A stretch of 42,709 nucleotides of DNA from the IMG/VR virus record IMGVR_UViG_3300049828_000234, positions 1 to 42,709 of that record. One strand, written 5' to 3'. The notes beneath the pieces are model-generated. The model was not told the origin of the DNA. It ran no database searches and was given only the letters and a program-made list of their open reading frames with translations. This document shows, piece after piece, positions 17,946 through 26,433 of this stretch (positions within the stretch are counted from its first letter, which is position 1; the number at the start of each line of letters is the position of its first letter). This DNA is from a virus (taxonomy: Duplodnaviria > Caudoviricetes). The position numbers and the translations under genes are program-made.

Positions 17946-18058
17946 TCAGCGTCCCGCCGAAGTCAGCACGGCGCCGATGCTGCACTGTCAACCATTCACG
18001 CGGCAAATGGTCTACGGCCCATATTCACGCCCATCGCAACGCCCGGAAACCCTGGCCG
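17946..18058. promoter_or_regulatory. Divergent intergenic region between scaffold and portal (candidate late promoters)
   Basis: Only non-coding gap between divergent structural operons. Contains ATTCACGC direct repeats (17994-18001, 18023-18030), an ACCATT...AATGGT inverted repeat, and TTGACA on the minus strand. Confidence 0.55.
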
Positions 18059-19516
18059 ATGCCAAACGCCGCAGCCCCCCGGTTTAAGTTCATTGGCCAC
18101 GCTCTAGCAGGCGATGGCCCATTTAGGCCGACCGTATCGACCGATGCGAACGGCCTGGCCACGCAATCCGGCACCAGCTACCTGATCCGCTATCCGCGCG
18201 AGTCAGACCAGAAGTTCGCGCGCCGCAACGAATTGGCGTTCTATGCCTCGCCGCTGGCGCAGGCGTCCAGCCGCTTCGTTGGCTACATGAGTACCAAGCA
18301 GGCAATGCGCGAACTGCCGCACGCCCTCTATGAGTCGATGGCAGAGGACATCGACGGAAAGGGGAATGAGCTTGATGTTTTCTTCACTCAGTTTCTGATC
18401 CACGCTAAAAGCCGCGGGTCGATGCTGCTGCTGGTGGACATGGACGCAGCGCCGGCCGCCGCGAATCAGGCGGCGCAGATCGAGCAGCGCGTCGCCCCCT
18501 ATTGGTCGATGGTGCTGCCAGAGTCAGTGACCGACTACGCGATCGGCGACGATGGAAAGTTCGCCTTTGCGGAGTTCTCAGGCAACTGGACGAACCCGGA
18601 GACTGGCGAGCGCGTGCCGTGCGTCTGGTACTTCGACCGCACGGGATGGCGCGCCACGGCGAAGGACAAAGCCGGAGCGGAGCAGGTGCTTACCGAAGGC
18701 AAACACGGCCTCGGAGAGTGCCCCCTGCTGATCTGGACGGAAGGCTCGGATTTCCCGTGCTTCGGGCCATTCGCTGCAATCGCTGACCTGTCGAAACGTC
18801 TATTCAACCTGGACAGCGAACTGGACGAGATCCTGCGCGCTCAGACGTTCTCGTTGCTCACGATGCAGTCGCCGGATAACACCACCGAGGACCAGAAGAT
18901 TGCGATGGCGCAGACGGCCGGACAGACCATCGGCACGCAGAACCTGATTGTTCACAGCGGCAGCACGCCGGCATTCATCGCACCGCCAGATGGGCCAGCT
19001 AAGGTGTACCTCGAGCGTATCGACAAGATGCGCCAGCAGATTGATGAAGTCGGCCTGAACATCGCCACCATCAACCAGCAGGAAAGCGGGATCGCCATGA
19101 AGATGCGATTCCAGGCTGTCAATTCCGCCCTCGCCGCGTGCGCAGAACGCACGGAAGGTCTGGAACGCCGCGCCTGGGCACTGTCTCAGCGTTGGTTGCG
19201 TCTTTCCGTGGTGCCCGATGTGGAATGGCCGCGCGACTTCGACATCGCCGACGTGGAAGTCGAGTTGCAGATTCTGCAGGACATGCAAGCCGCAGGCATG
19301 CCGCGCGAGGTCATCATTGAGCAGCAAAAGCGCATCGTGCTGCTGCAGTTCGGCAACGCCGAGGATGAGGATATCGACGAACTGATGGCCGCAGTCGAAG
19401 CACAGACTCGCGGAATCGAAGACACGCCAGGCGCCGACAATGTCGTGGCGCTGCCGGATCGCAATGCACCTGTGCGCGAGGCCATCGTTCGATCGCTAGG
19501 GGCCAGCAATGGCTAA
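18059..19516 (+). CDS. Portal protein (SPP1 gp6-like)
   Basis: 485 aa; YLIRYPRESDQKFARRNELAFY; HGLGECPL; ESGIAMKMRF; VEWPRDF. Confidence 0.85.
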   Translation: MPNAAAPRFKFIGHALAGDGPFRPTVSTDANGLATQSGTSYLIRYPRESDQKFARRNELAFYASPLAQASSRFVGYMSTKQAMRELPHALYESMAEDIDGKGNELDVFFTQFLIHAKSRGSMLLLVDMDAAPAAANQAAQIEQRVAPYWSMVLPESVTDYAIGDDGKFAFAEFSGNWTNPETGERVPCVWYFDRTGWRATAKDKAGAEQVLTEGKHGLGECPLLIWTEGSDFPCFGPFAAIADLSKRLFNLDSELDEILRAQTFSLLTMQSPDNTTEDQKIAMAQTAGQTIGTQNLIVHSGSTPAFIAPPDGPAKVYLERIDKMRQQIDEVGLNIATINQQESGIAMKMRFQAVNSALAACAERTEGLERRAWALSQRWLRLSVVPDVEWPRDFDIADVEVELQILQDMQAAGMPREVIIEQQKRIVLLQFGNAEDEDIDELMAAVEAQTRGIEDTPGADNVVALPDRNAPVREAIVRSLGASNG

Positions 19517-20078
19517 GGCTGAGGATGATTTTCTACTTGCTGCGGCATTGGCCACCCGTGCCGCGAAGCTGGCACAGGATGCGCTCGACCGGGCTATGGA
19601 GCCTGGCCCGGAAGGAAAGCGCGGCCCTAAAGGCGACAAGGGAACACGCGGCGAGCGCGGCCCGGCCGGCGCCGATGGCCGCGACGGAATCAATGGCCAG
19701 GACGGCGCCGCCGGTAAAGACGGCCGCGACGGCATCGACGGCCTGCGCGGGGATCAAGGTCCGCAGGGCGAACAAGGCGAGCGCGGCGAACCTGGTCCGA
19801 AGGGCGACGAAGGGTCACGGGGCCTGCCCGGCGAGGACGGAGAGCGCGGCCCAAAGGGCGAGCGCGGCCCGCGTGGGCGCGACGGCGAGGACGGAAAGCC
19901 TGCGCCCCTGGTCGCATGGTCTGCTGACTTCGAGCGCGACGCGCGCACGCAGCGCACGAGTGCCGTGCTGATGACGCCTGCGGGCGAGGCAACTCCGATG
20001 CTGCGAATCGTCCCCACATACAACGCCGACGCACTGATGACATCGGCGCAGATCGTCCCGCTAAGGGCTGCTGCATGA
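19509..20078 (+). CDS. Collagen-like protein
   Basis: 33 uninterrupted Gly-X-Y triplets (GPE...GKP). Confidence 0.9.
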   Translation: MAKAEDDFLLAAALATRAAKLAQDALDRAMEPGPEGKRGPKGDKGTRGERGPAGADGRDGINGQDGAAGKDGRDGIDGLRGDQGPQGEQGERGEPGPKGDEGSRGLPGEDGERGPKGERGPRGRDGEDGKPAPLVAWSADFERDARTQRTSAVLMTPAGEATPMLRIVPTYNADALMTSAQIVPLRAAA

Positions 20079-20278
20079 GTCAGATTCCCGCACTGCTGAC
20101 AAGCTCGCCGGCCACCGTTCAAGGCGAGGCCGGAAGGATTCCGGCGGCCAAGCCCGCAGTGGACATCAAGGCCGCGCCTGCCGTGCTTCGCGCAACCATT
20201 CAAATCACCCGCGCCGCGACCGGAAAGGTCGAGGAATACGAACTGATCGGCTACGCCGAAGAACCTGAGAAGGACTGA
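20075..20278 (+). CDS. Small hypothetical (putative fibre adaptor)
   Basis: ATGA overlap; ALLTSSPATVQGEA matches the repeat unit of 28963-31485. Confidence 0.6.
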   Translation: MSQIPALLTSSPATVQGEAGRIPAAKPAVDIKAAPAVLRATIQITRAATGKVEEYELIGYAEEPEKD

Positions 20279-20280
20279 TC

Positions 20281-20685
20281 ATGGCTGTCACTCACCCAAC
20301 CGCCTTCCGTAACGCGGTCGCTGACCTTGTGGACTCGACACTCAGCACCACCGCAAAGCTGAAGTTTCGCCTTAGCGGAACCGCAAATTCCCCCGGCACC
20401 GCAGCGGCCACGTTGGACATGAGCAACCCGGCCTTTGACGACGCTGGCACGGCGGGCGGCAACGCGGATGGCGTCATCACCGCAAACGCCATCACCAGCG
20501 ACACCAACGCAGCCGGCAACGCCTCCCCCGTGGCGAACGCGACGCTCGAGACGGGCGGCGGGACGGTCGTTGTCCACTGCGCGGTCGCGGCCTCGGCGTC
20601 CGACATCAACCTGACCGGCGGCCTGACCATCGGCGCCGGGGATACGGTGTCTTGCTCTTCGCTGACCTATACGGCTATGCCTTGA
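20281..20685 (+). CDS. Small beta-rich virion protein (putative fibre 'bead' subunit)
   Basis: AAGGA RBS; 134 aa Ala/Thr/Gly-rich; resembles 10655-11044. Confidence 0.65.
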   Translation: MAVTHPTAFRNAVADLVDSTLSTTAKLKFRLSGTANSPGTAAATLDMSNPAFDDAGTAGGNADGVITANAITSDTNAAGNASPVANATLETGGGTVVVHCAVAASASDINLTGGLTIGAGDTVSCSSLTYTAMP

Positions 20686-20687
20686 CC

Positions 20688-22472
20688 ATGAAGCGGCTGA
20701 TCGGCTTTGCGCTGGCCATCCTGTTCGCAGTCGGCGCGCATGCGGCAACTCGAGCAGAGTTGGAGGCGCAAGCCGAGGCCCTGCGCGCGCAGATCGTCTC
20801 GCTGAAGGCGCAGGCAGACGACATGATTGCGCAGCGTCTGCGCATCCTCGAGCAGGTGGCTGTGCTTGAAGTGAAGGCCACCGCGCTGGATGAGCAGATC
20901 TCCGCCATGAGCGCGAATGTCCTGCGCTACTGGTACACGTCGGACGATGGCGACGGCCCGAGCCGCAGCCACTGGTCCCGACACCTGAAGATCGCGTGGA
21001 AGAACGCCAATGGCGACTTCATCGACGCGGCAGGCACGCCACAGGGCGCGGTCCCTTTCGCCAAGGTTGACATCTCGGCTGTCGGGCCTGTATCGATCCA
21101 TTTGGGGCCTGCGCAGCCCTTCACCAAGGGCATCCTACTGCGGAACGCGGGCAAGTCGTCGCCTTACGTCACCATCGCGGGCAGGCTGTCAGCCACACCT
21201 CCTACGCTCACTGTGAAGCTCTCGGATGGAAGCGAAAAGACGCTGCAGGTGCTGTCTCTAGCAAAATGGGATACGTCGAGCTACACCGGCATGGACACGC
21301 GGCAGTCCGCCAAACTGTCTGCGGTAAGCGCTGGCGTGCTTGCCCTGTTCGACATTCCACCGGGTGCTGTGTCTGCAACGCTGAACCTCACCATCACGGC
21401 ACGCACCTATACCAGCACTGTGTCGGTGTTCGCGCTCGATCCTCCTGGGGTCATGTACGCATACGAGCACAAGCCGGTGCCGGGGATTGCTCAATCCGTG
21501 GCCGACGAGAACGCGCTGAAGTTCCACCCGTCAGTCATAAAGGCAGGCGACTTCGATCTGCGCCGGCCGGCGTCAGAAGGCGGGGTGTTCACGGGCATTC
21601 AGCAGTCGCCCAACGTCACGAAGGAATACCTGCCCGACCCGCTCGACCCCACGCGCATCATCTATCGCTCGATGTTCAAGCAGCGCGATGGCACTGCATA
21701 CGCTGACCAGAACTGGCGCGGCTCGCTGTCGGCCAACATCAGCATGTCGCCCGCCGACCTGACCGACCCGCTGCGGCCCATTAAGGAACCGGCACCGAAG
21801 GAACTGTTCGCCCGCCTGTGCTTCAAGATGGAAGCGGATTGGCTCGCGCGCAACGACGCCAACAAGATGGCGCTTGGGTGGGACCTGCGCTACGGCTACT
21901 GGATGCCAAGCGGCTATTGGCAGCAGACCACTGGCAACGGCGGCGCGCGCGGCACGGGTCTGAAGGTGCTGCGAACCAACAAGAACGGCACGCAGCAATG
22001 GGAGTACCAAGGCCACAGCATCCGCATGGAAGCGGGCATGGCACCAAAGGACCCGACGCATCCGCACGACGCGCTGCGCCCGATCACCAGCTACACCTAT
22101 CACCTGGATCAGTTCGACTTCAACGGCACGGGCGAGCGCTGGGGCAATGCAGTCATCGAGCGCGCGCGCTGGCACTGCATCGAGCAGCAACTGCGCGTCA
22201 ACAGCGTGGTCGGCCCCTTCGACGCGCTCGGCAACGGGCAGGCTGTCGCTGATGGCGTGATGCGGACGTGGATCGACGGCGTGTTCGTCGGTGAGCGCAC
22301 GTCGATGCGCTGGGGCCGTCATCAGAGCATGGGTGTCGAAGGTCCGTGGATCAACTGGTTCTTCGGCGGCAAGCAGGCAGCGGACCACGAGATGCACTAC
22401 CAGATGGCCGACTTCGTGCTGGCGCGCGAGTACATCGGCGTGCCAAACAATTTTCACATGCGAAACAAGTGA
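20688..22472 (+). CDS. Secreted protein: signal peptide, coiled coil, C-terminal polysaccharide-lyase/LamG-like domain
   Basis: MKRLIGFALAILFAVGAHA| signal; heptads at aa ~22-75; RWHCIEQQLRVNS...ADGVMRTWIDG...W.N.FFGG resembles jelly-roll lyases. Confidence 0.6.
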   Translation: MKRLIGFALAILFAVGAHAATRAELEAQAEALRAQIVSLKAQADDMIAQRLRILEQVAVLEVKATALDEQISAMSANVLRYWYTSDDGDGPSRSHWSRHLKIAWKNANGDFIDAAGTPQGAVPFAKVDISAVGPVSIHLGPAQPFTKGILLRNAGKSSPYVTIAGRLSATPPTLTVKLSDGSEKTLQVLSLAKWDTSSYTGMDTRQSAKLSAVSAGVLALFDIPPGAVSATLNLTITARTYTSTVSVFALDPPGVMYAYEHKPVPGIAQSVADENALKFHPSVIKAGDFDLRRPASEGGVFTGIQQSPNVTKEYLPDPLDPTRIIYRSMFKQRDGTAYADQNWRGSLSANISMSPADLTDPLRPIKEPAPKELFARLCFKMEADWLARNDANKMALGWDLRYGYWMPSGYWQQTTGNGGARGTGLKVLRTNKNGTQQWEYQGHSIRMEAGMAPKDPTHPHDALRPITSYTYHLDQFDFNGTGERWGNAVIERARWHCIEQQLRVNSVVGPFDALGNGQAVADGVMRTWIDGVFVGERTSMRWGRHQSMGVEGPWINWFFGGKQAADHEMHYQMADFVLAREYIGVPNNFHMRNK

Positions 22473-22479
22473 GGCGCTC

Positions 22480-22926
22480 ATGCCGATGTTCTTTGTCAAC
22501 CGCACGGCGACGGCGCTGTCTACCAGCAATGACCTGGTGACCATCGTTGCCAGTGCCACGAAGCCGCTGCGCATCTATATGGCGAAGCTGGCCGGTGCAG
22601 GAACCGCATCGGCCGCGAATGAAGTGCTGATGCAACGCAGCACGGGCGGCACGACTGGCGGCGGCGGCATCACGCCGGCCAAGCAGAATCCGAGCAGCGC
22701 TGCGGCATCGTTCAACGCCTACACCACATGGAGCGTGCAACCGTCCCTGACGGCCAACGAAGTGCTGCACCGCTTCAGCGTCAACGCCAACGGCGGGATT
22801 GATCCATTCGTGGCTTTCCCCGGTGGCGAGATCAGCGTCCCGGTGGATGGGAAGGTGAGTTTCCGCAGCGCCAGCGGCACGTCCAATGCGGTCATCAATT
22901 TGATGATCGAGGAAATCGACGGGTGA
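22480..22926 (+). CDS. Hypothetical beta-rich structural protein
   Basis: GAGG RBS, ATG 22480; 148 aa, jelly-roll-like alternating pattern. Confidence 0.6.
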   Translation: MPMFFVNRTATALSTSNDLVTIVASATKPLRIYMAKLAGAGTASAANEVLMQRSTGGTTGGGGITPAKQNPSSAAASFNAYTTWSVQPSLTANEVLHRFSVNANGGIDPFVAFPGGEISVPVDGKVSFRSASGTSNAVINLMIEEIDG

Positions 22927-23285
22927 CCATGCTGGGCCGCGCGCTTCGCTCTGCACCGTTTGGCCGCTATCGGCCGCTGGTGAGGCGCATAAGTGCGAGC
23001 GCGCCAGCTGCTGACCCTGGCGGCGATGAACCCGGAACGATTACAACGGTTCTTTCGTGGAACGCATCAGCCGGCGCCACAAGCTACAAGGTTTATAGAG
23101 GCACAAGTTCCGGTTCGTACAACTACAACTGGAATGTAGGAAACGTCACGTCGTGCGACGTGAACCTGCTGACTCCGCTGATGGTCTTCAGCACGACCTA
23201 TTATTTCGCCGTCGCGGCAATAGACGGCGGCGGAGAGGGTGCCAAGTCATCGGAAATTCTCGTATTGAATTGGGTGCAGATATGA
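22923..23285 (+). CDS. Fibronectin type III domain protein
   Basis: LSWNASAGATSYKVYRGTSSGSY...TYYFAVAAID...EGAKSSE. Confidence 0.72.
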   Translation: MTMLGRALRSAPFGRYRPLVRRISASAPAADPGGDEPGTITTVLSWNASAGATSYKVYRGTSSGSYNYNWNVGNVTSCDVNLLTPLMVFSTTYYFAVAAIDGGGEGAKSSEILVLNWVQI

Positions 23286-24217
23286 GAGTCGTGTTTTTCC
23301 TGTTGTTGGTTGCCTGTGGCTACGTTGCCGCGCAGCCTACCCCGCCTACTGGTATTGCGCTGAGTACGATCAACACGTTCCCAAATGCGTCAAACACCGG
23401 GGTTCCAGCGGGTACGACTCTCACGACCTACACCGGACCCTGCACGATCACCGCTGCAAACACGGTGATTGACGCTAAAGACTTTCGCCCTACTTGCACA
23501 GGTCTTGACATCAGGACGACTGGTGTAGTAATTAGGCGCTCCATCATCCAGGGGCCTATCGACATGGACAACGGGACAAATAACTCGCTGACTATCGAAA
23601 CGTCTAGGGTTTATGGTGATGAAGATACCCTTTTGAAAATGCCAGCAATACGCGGGCAAAACCTTACGGCAAAATATCTACATGTCACCGGTGGTCAGCA
23701 CAATATTCAATGCAAGACGAATTGCACTATAGAGTATTCTTATCTTGTGAACCAATGGAACCCTAACGGGTTTGACTTTCATAATAACGCTTTCATTGCT
23801 AACGAAGGCGACAATATGAACATCAGGTTCAATACTCTCTTTTGCGACGCAATACTTAACGCCACGGATGGCGGCTGTACGGCGGACCTTAGTCTAATCG
23901 CGGATTTTTCGCCTATCTATAACGTCTTGATCGAGGGGAATCTGTTTAAGTCCAACGGCGCAAACAGCAGTGCTGGGTACTGTTTGCACTTGCCAGAAGA
24001 ACCAGGAAAACCATACGGCAACTCGGCGCAGAACTGTACTAATGTTCGCGTGATAAACAATATCTTCGAGCGCAAGGCTTCTAGCACGCACCCAGTAAAT
24101 GGGGCATGCGGTGTCTTTGGCACAGTCACATCAAGTTGTGGGACTGGACGTGCCGGGTATGTTTGGTCTGGGAACAAGTTCTATCCTGATGGCGCAACAG
24201 TTAGCCCTGACGAGTAA
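23282..24217 (+). CDS. Exported right-handed beta-helix (pectin-lyase-like) protein 1
   Basis: ATG 23282; hydrophobic N-terminus MRVVFFLLLVACGYVAA|QP; Asn ladders (NVLIEGNLF, NVRVINNIF); many Cys. Confidence 0.7.
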   Translation: MRVVFFLLLVACGYVAAQPTPPTGIALSTINTFPNASNTGVPAGTTLTTYTGPCTITAANTVIDAKDFRPTCTGLDIRTTGVVIRRSIIQGPIDMDNGTNNSLTIETSRVYGDEDTLLKMPAIRGQNLTAKYLHVTGGQHNIQCKTNCTIEYSYLVNQWNPNGFDFHNNAFIANEGDNMNIRFNTLFCDAILNATDGGCTADLSLIADFSPIYNVLIEGNLFKSNGANSSAGYCLHLPEEPGKPYGNSAQNCTNVRVINNIFERKASSTHPVNGACGVFGTVTSSCGTGRAGYVWSGNKFYPDGATVSPDE

Positions 24218-24222
24218 ATACT

Positions 24223-25296
24223 ATGAAACTATTCCTTTCTATTGCCTTGCTTTTTGTGGGGTCTGCCCATGCGCAGAATGCGGTCACTTTGACGCCTGTC
24301 AGTCCGCAGCTTGACAGTACCCCGGATGTGTACCGAGGCAGCAGCAGGTTGCTCAGAGACGCTGCCAGCTTGCAGGCGTGCCTTGACGCGATCAAGGCTG
24401 ATGCTGCCAAGCGAGCTATCGGCACCTACAGCTATGGATGCGATCCGGGCCGCACTAAAATCACGGCGACAGTGTCTGCTGCCCCGCCTCCGCCTCCGCC
24501 TCCGCCTCCGCCTCCGCCTTCTACCGGATGGCCCGACGCTACAAATACAGGGATTCCCTCTGGTACGGTGCTGACCAAATACACCGGGCCTTGCACGATC
24601 ACATCTCCCGCCACGATCACTGCCGTTGATGCGGTGGCCTGCGGCCAGATTCTCGTCAAGGTCAAGGGCGTTGTTATCACAAAGTCTTTGCTCCCAATGT
24701 TGGAGTCAACGCCTACAGGCTCGTTGACCATTGAGGATTCAAGGATCGACGCAGGAGATTGGCAGGGTGCTGCGGTGTTCGGTCTTAATATCACGCTGCG
24801 TCGCGTGAACGTGACCGGGGGCCAGCACAATGTGCAGTGTGAGGGCAACTGTGTTGTCGAAGATTCGTGGCTTCACGATCAGTACAACCCAGATGGAAAG
24901 AGTTTCCACAACAATGCATTCATTTCCAACGGCGGATCAAACATGATCGTGCGGCACAACACGCTGCACTGCACTGCGATATTGAATTCAACTGACGGTG
25001 GGTGTACAGGCGATTTGTCGCTGTTCGGTGACTTCGCCCCAATCAAAAACGTGCTGGTCGAGAACAATCTGTTCAAAGCCAACAACAGCAGCATTAGCTT
25101 TTGCGCGTACGGGGGCTATCAGCCTGCAAAGGTTTACCCGGTGGCGACTTACGTTCAGTTTAAAAACAACGTGTTCGAGCGAGGCCCAAACCGCAAGTGC
25201 GGCGTCTTCGGGCCGGTTACCAGTTTCCAAAACACCGCTGAGGGCAACGTATGGTCGGGTAACACTTGGGACGACGGCACGACGCTGGTCCCGTAG
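24223..25296 (+). CDS. Exported beta-helix protein 2 with poly-Pro linker (paralog of 23282-24217)
   Basis: MKLFLSIALLFVGSAHA| signal; Pro12; shares YTGPCTIT, VTGGQHN, FHNNAFI and TDGGCT with protein 1. Confidence 0.75.
   Translation: MKLFLSIALLFVGSAHAQNAVTLTPVSPQLDSTPDVYRGSSRLLRDAASLQACLDAIKADAAKRAIGTYSYGCDPGRTKITATVSAAPPPPPPPPPPPPSTGWPDATNTGIPSGTVLTKYTGPCTITSPATITAVDAVACGQILVKVKGVVITKSLLPMLESTPTGSLTIEDSRIDAGDWQGAAVFGLNITLRRVNVTGGQHNVQCEGNCVVEDSWLHDQYNPDGKSFHNNAFISNGGSNMIVRHNTLHCTAILNSTDGGCTGDLSLFGDFAPIKNVLVENNLFKANNSSISFCAYGGYQPAKVYPVATYVQFKNNVFERGPNRKCGVFGPVTSFQNTAEGNVWSGNTWDDGTTLVP
24484..24519 (+). repeat. Perfect (CCGCCT)6 microsatellite encoding Pro12
   Basis: Read directly from sequence. 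Confidence 0.95.
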
Positions 25297-25306
25297 GAAG
25301 TAAATC

Positions 25307-25930
25307 ATGGCCGAACTTGCTAGTGATGCATTCACACGCGCCAATAGCGCAGACCTAGGGGCTTCTTGGGACCCGCACCCGTCTAAAAGTGGGCTGTTTG
25401 AAGTTCTTTCAAATGCTGCTCACATAACTTCTGCAACGAACAATGAAGACGGGTGCGAAACATACAACGCGATTTCAGCCCCGAATGACCAATATTCAGA
25501 AGTCACGCTGGCGACGCCAAGCGCTACAGGTTTGGGAACTGGCTACGGAGTTGTGTGCAGGTTTTCGCCGTCTGTCAATACTGGATACAGAGTGGTTGCG
25601 TGCTCGGAAGGCTGGGAACTTGGCCGGTTCGTCACGGGGACATGGACAGCGCTAGGCTCTTTTTCTACCACCACGTTTGCAGACGGAGACGTTCTTAGAT
25701 TAGAAGTCCGCACAAATGGTGCTAACTGCGATTGGACCGTAAAAAAGAATGGCTCTACGGTCACATCTGGTACAGGCACAGACACGTCGCCAGTAGCGTC
25801 GGGGAGCGTCGGAATCGCGTATTCAAGTGCGTCTGCGGCATCCGATGGAATAAGCGCCTGGGCTGCTGGTGATTTTGGCAGCGCGTCCATCGCCCCCCGC
25901 GCCCTTCACCAATTCCGACTCAGGAGATAA
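25307..25930 (+). CDS. Putative concanavalin/lectin-like virion protein
   Basis: SDAFTRAN...LG.SW; NDQYSEVT; GDVLRLEVR; SGSVGI. Confidence 0.55.
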   Translation: MAELASDAFTRANSADLGASWDPHPSKSGLFEVLSNAAHITSATNNEDGCETYNAISAPNDQYSEVTLATPSATGLGTGYGVVCRFSPSVNTGYRVVACSEGWELGRFVTGTWTALGSFSTTTFADGDVLRLEVRTNGANCDWTVKKNGSTVTSGTGTDTSPVASGSVGIAYSSASAASDGISAWAAGDFGSASIAPRALHQFRLRR

Positions 25931-25933
25931 ACC

Positions 25934-26416
25934 ATGACCCAATGGCTGAAACAATCGACGGCTTACACCTTTCGCATCGGGCCATTCGTGGATTCCACGG
26001 ACGGGTTCACGCCCGAGACGGCGCTGACCATCGCCTACACGGCTTGCCTCATCAGCAAGGCCGGCGCGGCGTTCGCGGCGAAGAACGACACCACGAACCT
26101 TACCAGCACCGGCACGACGGAGGGGTACTACACGGCGGTGCTCAATACGACCGACACGGGCACCGTAGGGCCGCTGCGGGTTCATATCTACGTGGCGGGA
26201 GCGCTTCCGGTGTGGCAGGACTTCATGGTGGTCCCGGCCAACGTCTACGAGTCGCTGGTGACCGGCACCGAGTTTCTCGAAGCCACGACGCTGAAGAACG
26301 ACGTCACCATCAGCGGCAGCACGATCACGGTGAAGAAGACGGACGGCAGCACTACGCAGTACACCCGCACCGGCACGTTCAACGCTGGCGCTGAAGTGCT
26401 GACCGGGCTGGACTGA
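25934..26416 (+). CDS. Hypothetical virion structural protein
   Basis: AGGAG RBS; WLKQST...GPFVDSTDG.TPET...GYY...DTGTVGPL. Confidence 0.65.
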   Translation: MTQWLKQSTAYTFRIGPFVDSTDGFTPETALTIAYTACLISKAGAAFAAKNDTTNLTSTGTTEGYYTAVLNTTDTGTVGPLRVHIYVAGALPVWQDFMVVPANVYESLVTGTEFLEATTLKNDVTISGSTITVKKTDGSTTQYTRTGTFNAGAEVLTGLD

Positions 26417-26433
26417 ACTAACAGGGGCATGAA

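Noticed and set aside
5679-18058. Invertible segment explaining the minus-strand structural operon
   Set aside because: No inverted repeats visible at the two ends, no invertase gene, and inversion alone would not restore the canonical order.
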